A DNA stretch of 64,000 bases from Gemmatimonadota bacterium (lineage in GTDB: Bacteria > Gemmatimonadota > Gemmatimonadetes > Palauibacterales > Palauibacteraceae): the NCBI GenBank assembly GCA_046484665.1, contig JAWOIN010000073.1, positions 20,918 through 84,917 on the forward strand, given 5' to 3'. A program made the position numbers and the translations under genes. Of this stretch, positions 63,497 through 64,000 are shown piece by piece. The notes under the pieces were generated by a model that was given only the letters and a program-made list of their open reading frames with translations, was not told where the DNA came from and did not search any database. Each line of letters begins with the position of its first letter. Position 1 is the stretch's first letter.

Positions 63497-64000
63497 TCAC
63501 TCGATCTCGGATCGGGACTTCAGGTACTCGAACGCCTTTTCCACTGCAAGATTCCTGCGAAGCGACGCGAGCTGGTCCTCCTTCTCGAGCTTTCGCCGGA
63601 GGGCCGTCGGAGACAGGCCCCTGCGCTCGGCGTGCTCCGCCACCTTCGCGGCGACCTCGTCCTCTCCCGGCTCGAGCGCCTCGCGTTCGATCAGGCGGTC
63701 CAGGATCAGCTCCTCCTTGATCTGCCGCTCGGCGTGCGGGCGCAGCGACTCCTTCGCCTGGCGGAGCTCCTCGCGGTCCGCGTCCTCCGGCGCGCGCAGC
63801 ATCCCGTCCAGGTAGCGGTCGACCAGCGAGCCGGGAAGCGAGAAGGGGTTCGCCTCCATCAGGGCCTCGAGCAGCTGGCCTCGCAGGCGGCCCTCCGCTT
63901 CCGCCTCGTGGTGACGGGCGAGATCGGCCCGGATCGCCTCCTCCATCTCCGTCACCGTCCGGCGGTCGCCGCCGGTGGCCTTCGCGGCGAGATCGTCGTC
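63497..64000 (-). CDS. tig: Trigger factor (C-terminal portion; 5' end off-window)
   Basis: Frame open to window end; C-terminal chaperone-domain-like sequence; conserved tig-clpP-clpX order. Confidence 0.75.
   Translation of the reverse strand, partial: DDDLAAKATGGDRRTVTEMEEAIRADLARHHEAEAEGRLRGQLLEALMEANPFSLPGSLVDRYLDGMLRAPEDADREELRQAKESLRPHAERQIKEELILDRLIEREALEPGEDEVAAKVAEHAERRGLSPTALRRKLEKEDQLASLRRNLAVEKAFEYLKSRSEIE

Overview
High-GC (about 70%) bacterial chromosomal window, densely coding, with many 4-nt start/stop overlaps; gene content suggests an FCB-group organism, possibly Gemmatimonadetes (inference). Ordered contents: (1) a VKOR-like thiol oxidoreductase fragment, a short sigma-70 factor, and a complete System I cytochrome c maturation operon ccmABCDEFGH on the minus strand (ccmD is absent from the ORF track and was found by hand). 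(2) Housekeeping and metabolism genes: archaeal-type iPGM, CopA Cu-ATPase, PspA/IM30, a SerC-like aminotransferase plus SerA, MoeZ, Rpe and Kbl. (3) A TonB-like protein and a 2069-aa giant SprA-like outer-membrane protein. (4) A near-complete type IVa pilus and competence locus: comEA, pilB, pilT, pilC, pilS/pilR, pilA, two glycosyltransferases, two minor pilins, pilMNOPQ, then aroC-aroK. (5) topA-trmFO-xerC-hslVU, gcvT, mogA, a sigma-54 enhancer-binding protein, engB, clpX, clpP and partial tig. The most interesting candidate is a putative pilin glycosylation module: a GT-C (ArnT/PMT-like) membrane glycosyltransferase plus a GT2 polyprenyl-phosphate sugar synthase inserted directly between the major pilin gene and the minor pilin genes, with a strong sigma-54 promoter and palindromic candidate enhancer site upstream of pilA. 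Other notable items are a catalytically degenerate DEAD-box paralog that keeps a DbpA RNA-binding domain, an operon of two overlapping small ORFs upstream of it, and the giant beta-rich surface protein. No rRNA, tRNA, CRISPR array or mobile element was recognised. Many of the long ORFs in the six-frame track are antisense or alternative-frame artefacts of the GC-rich sequence.
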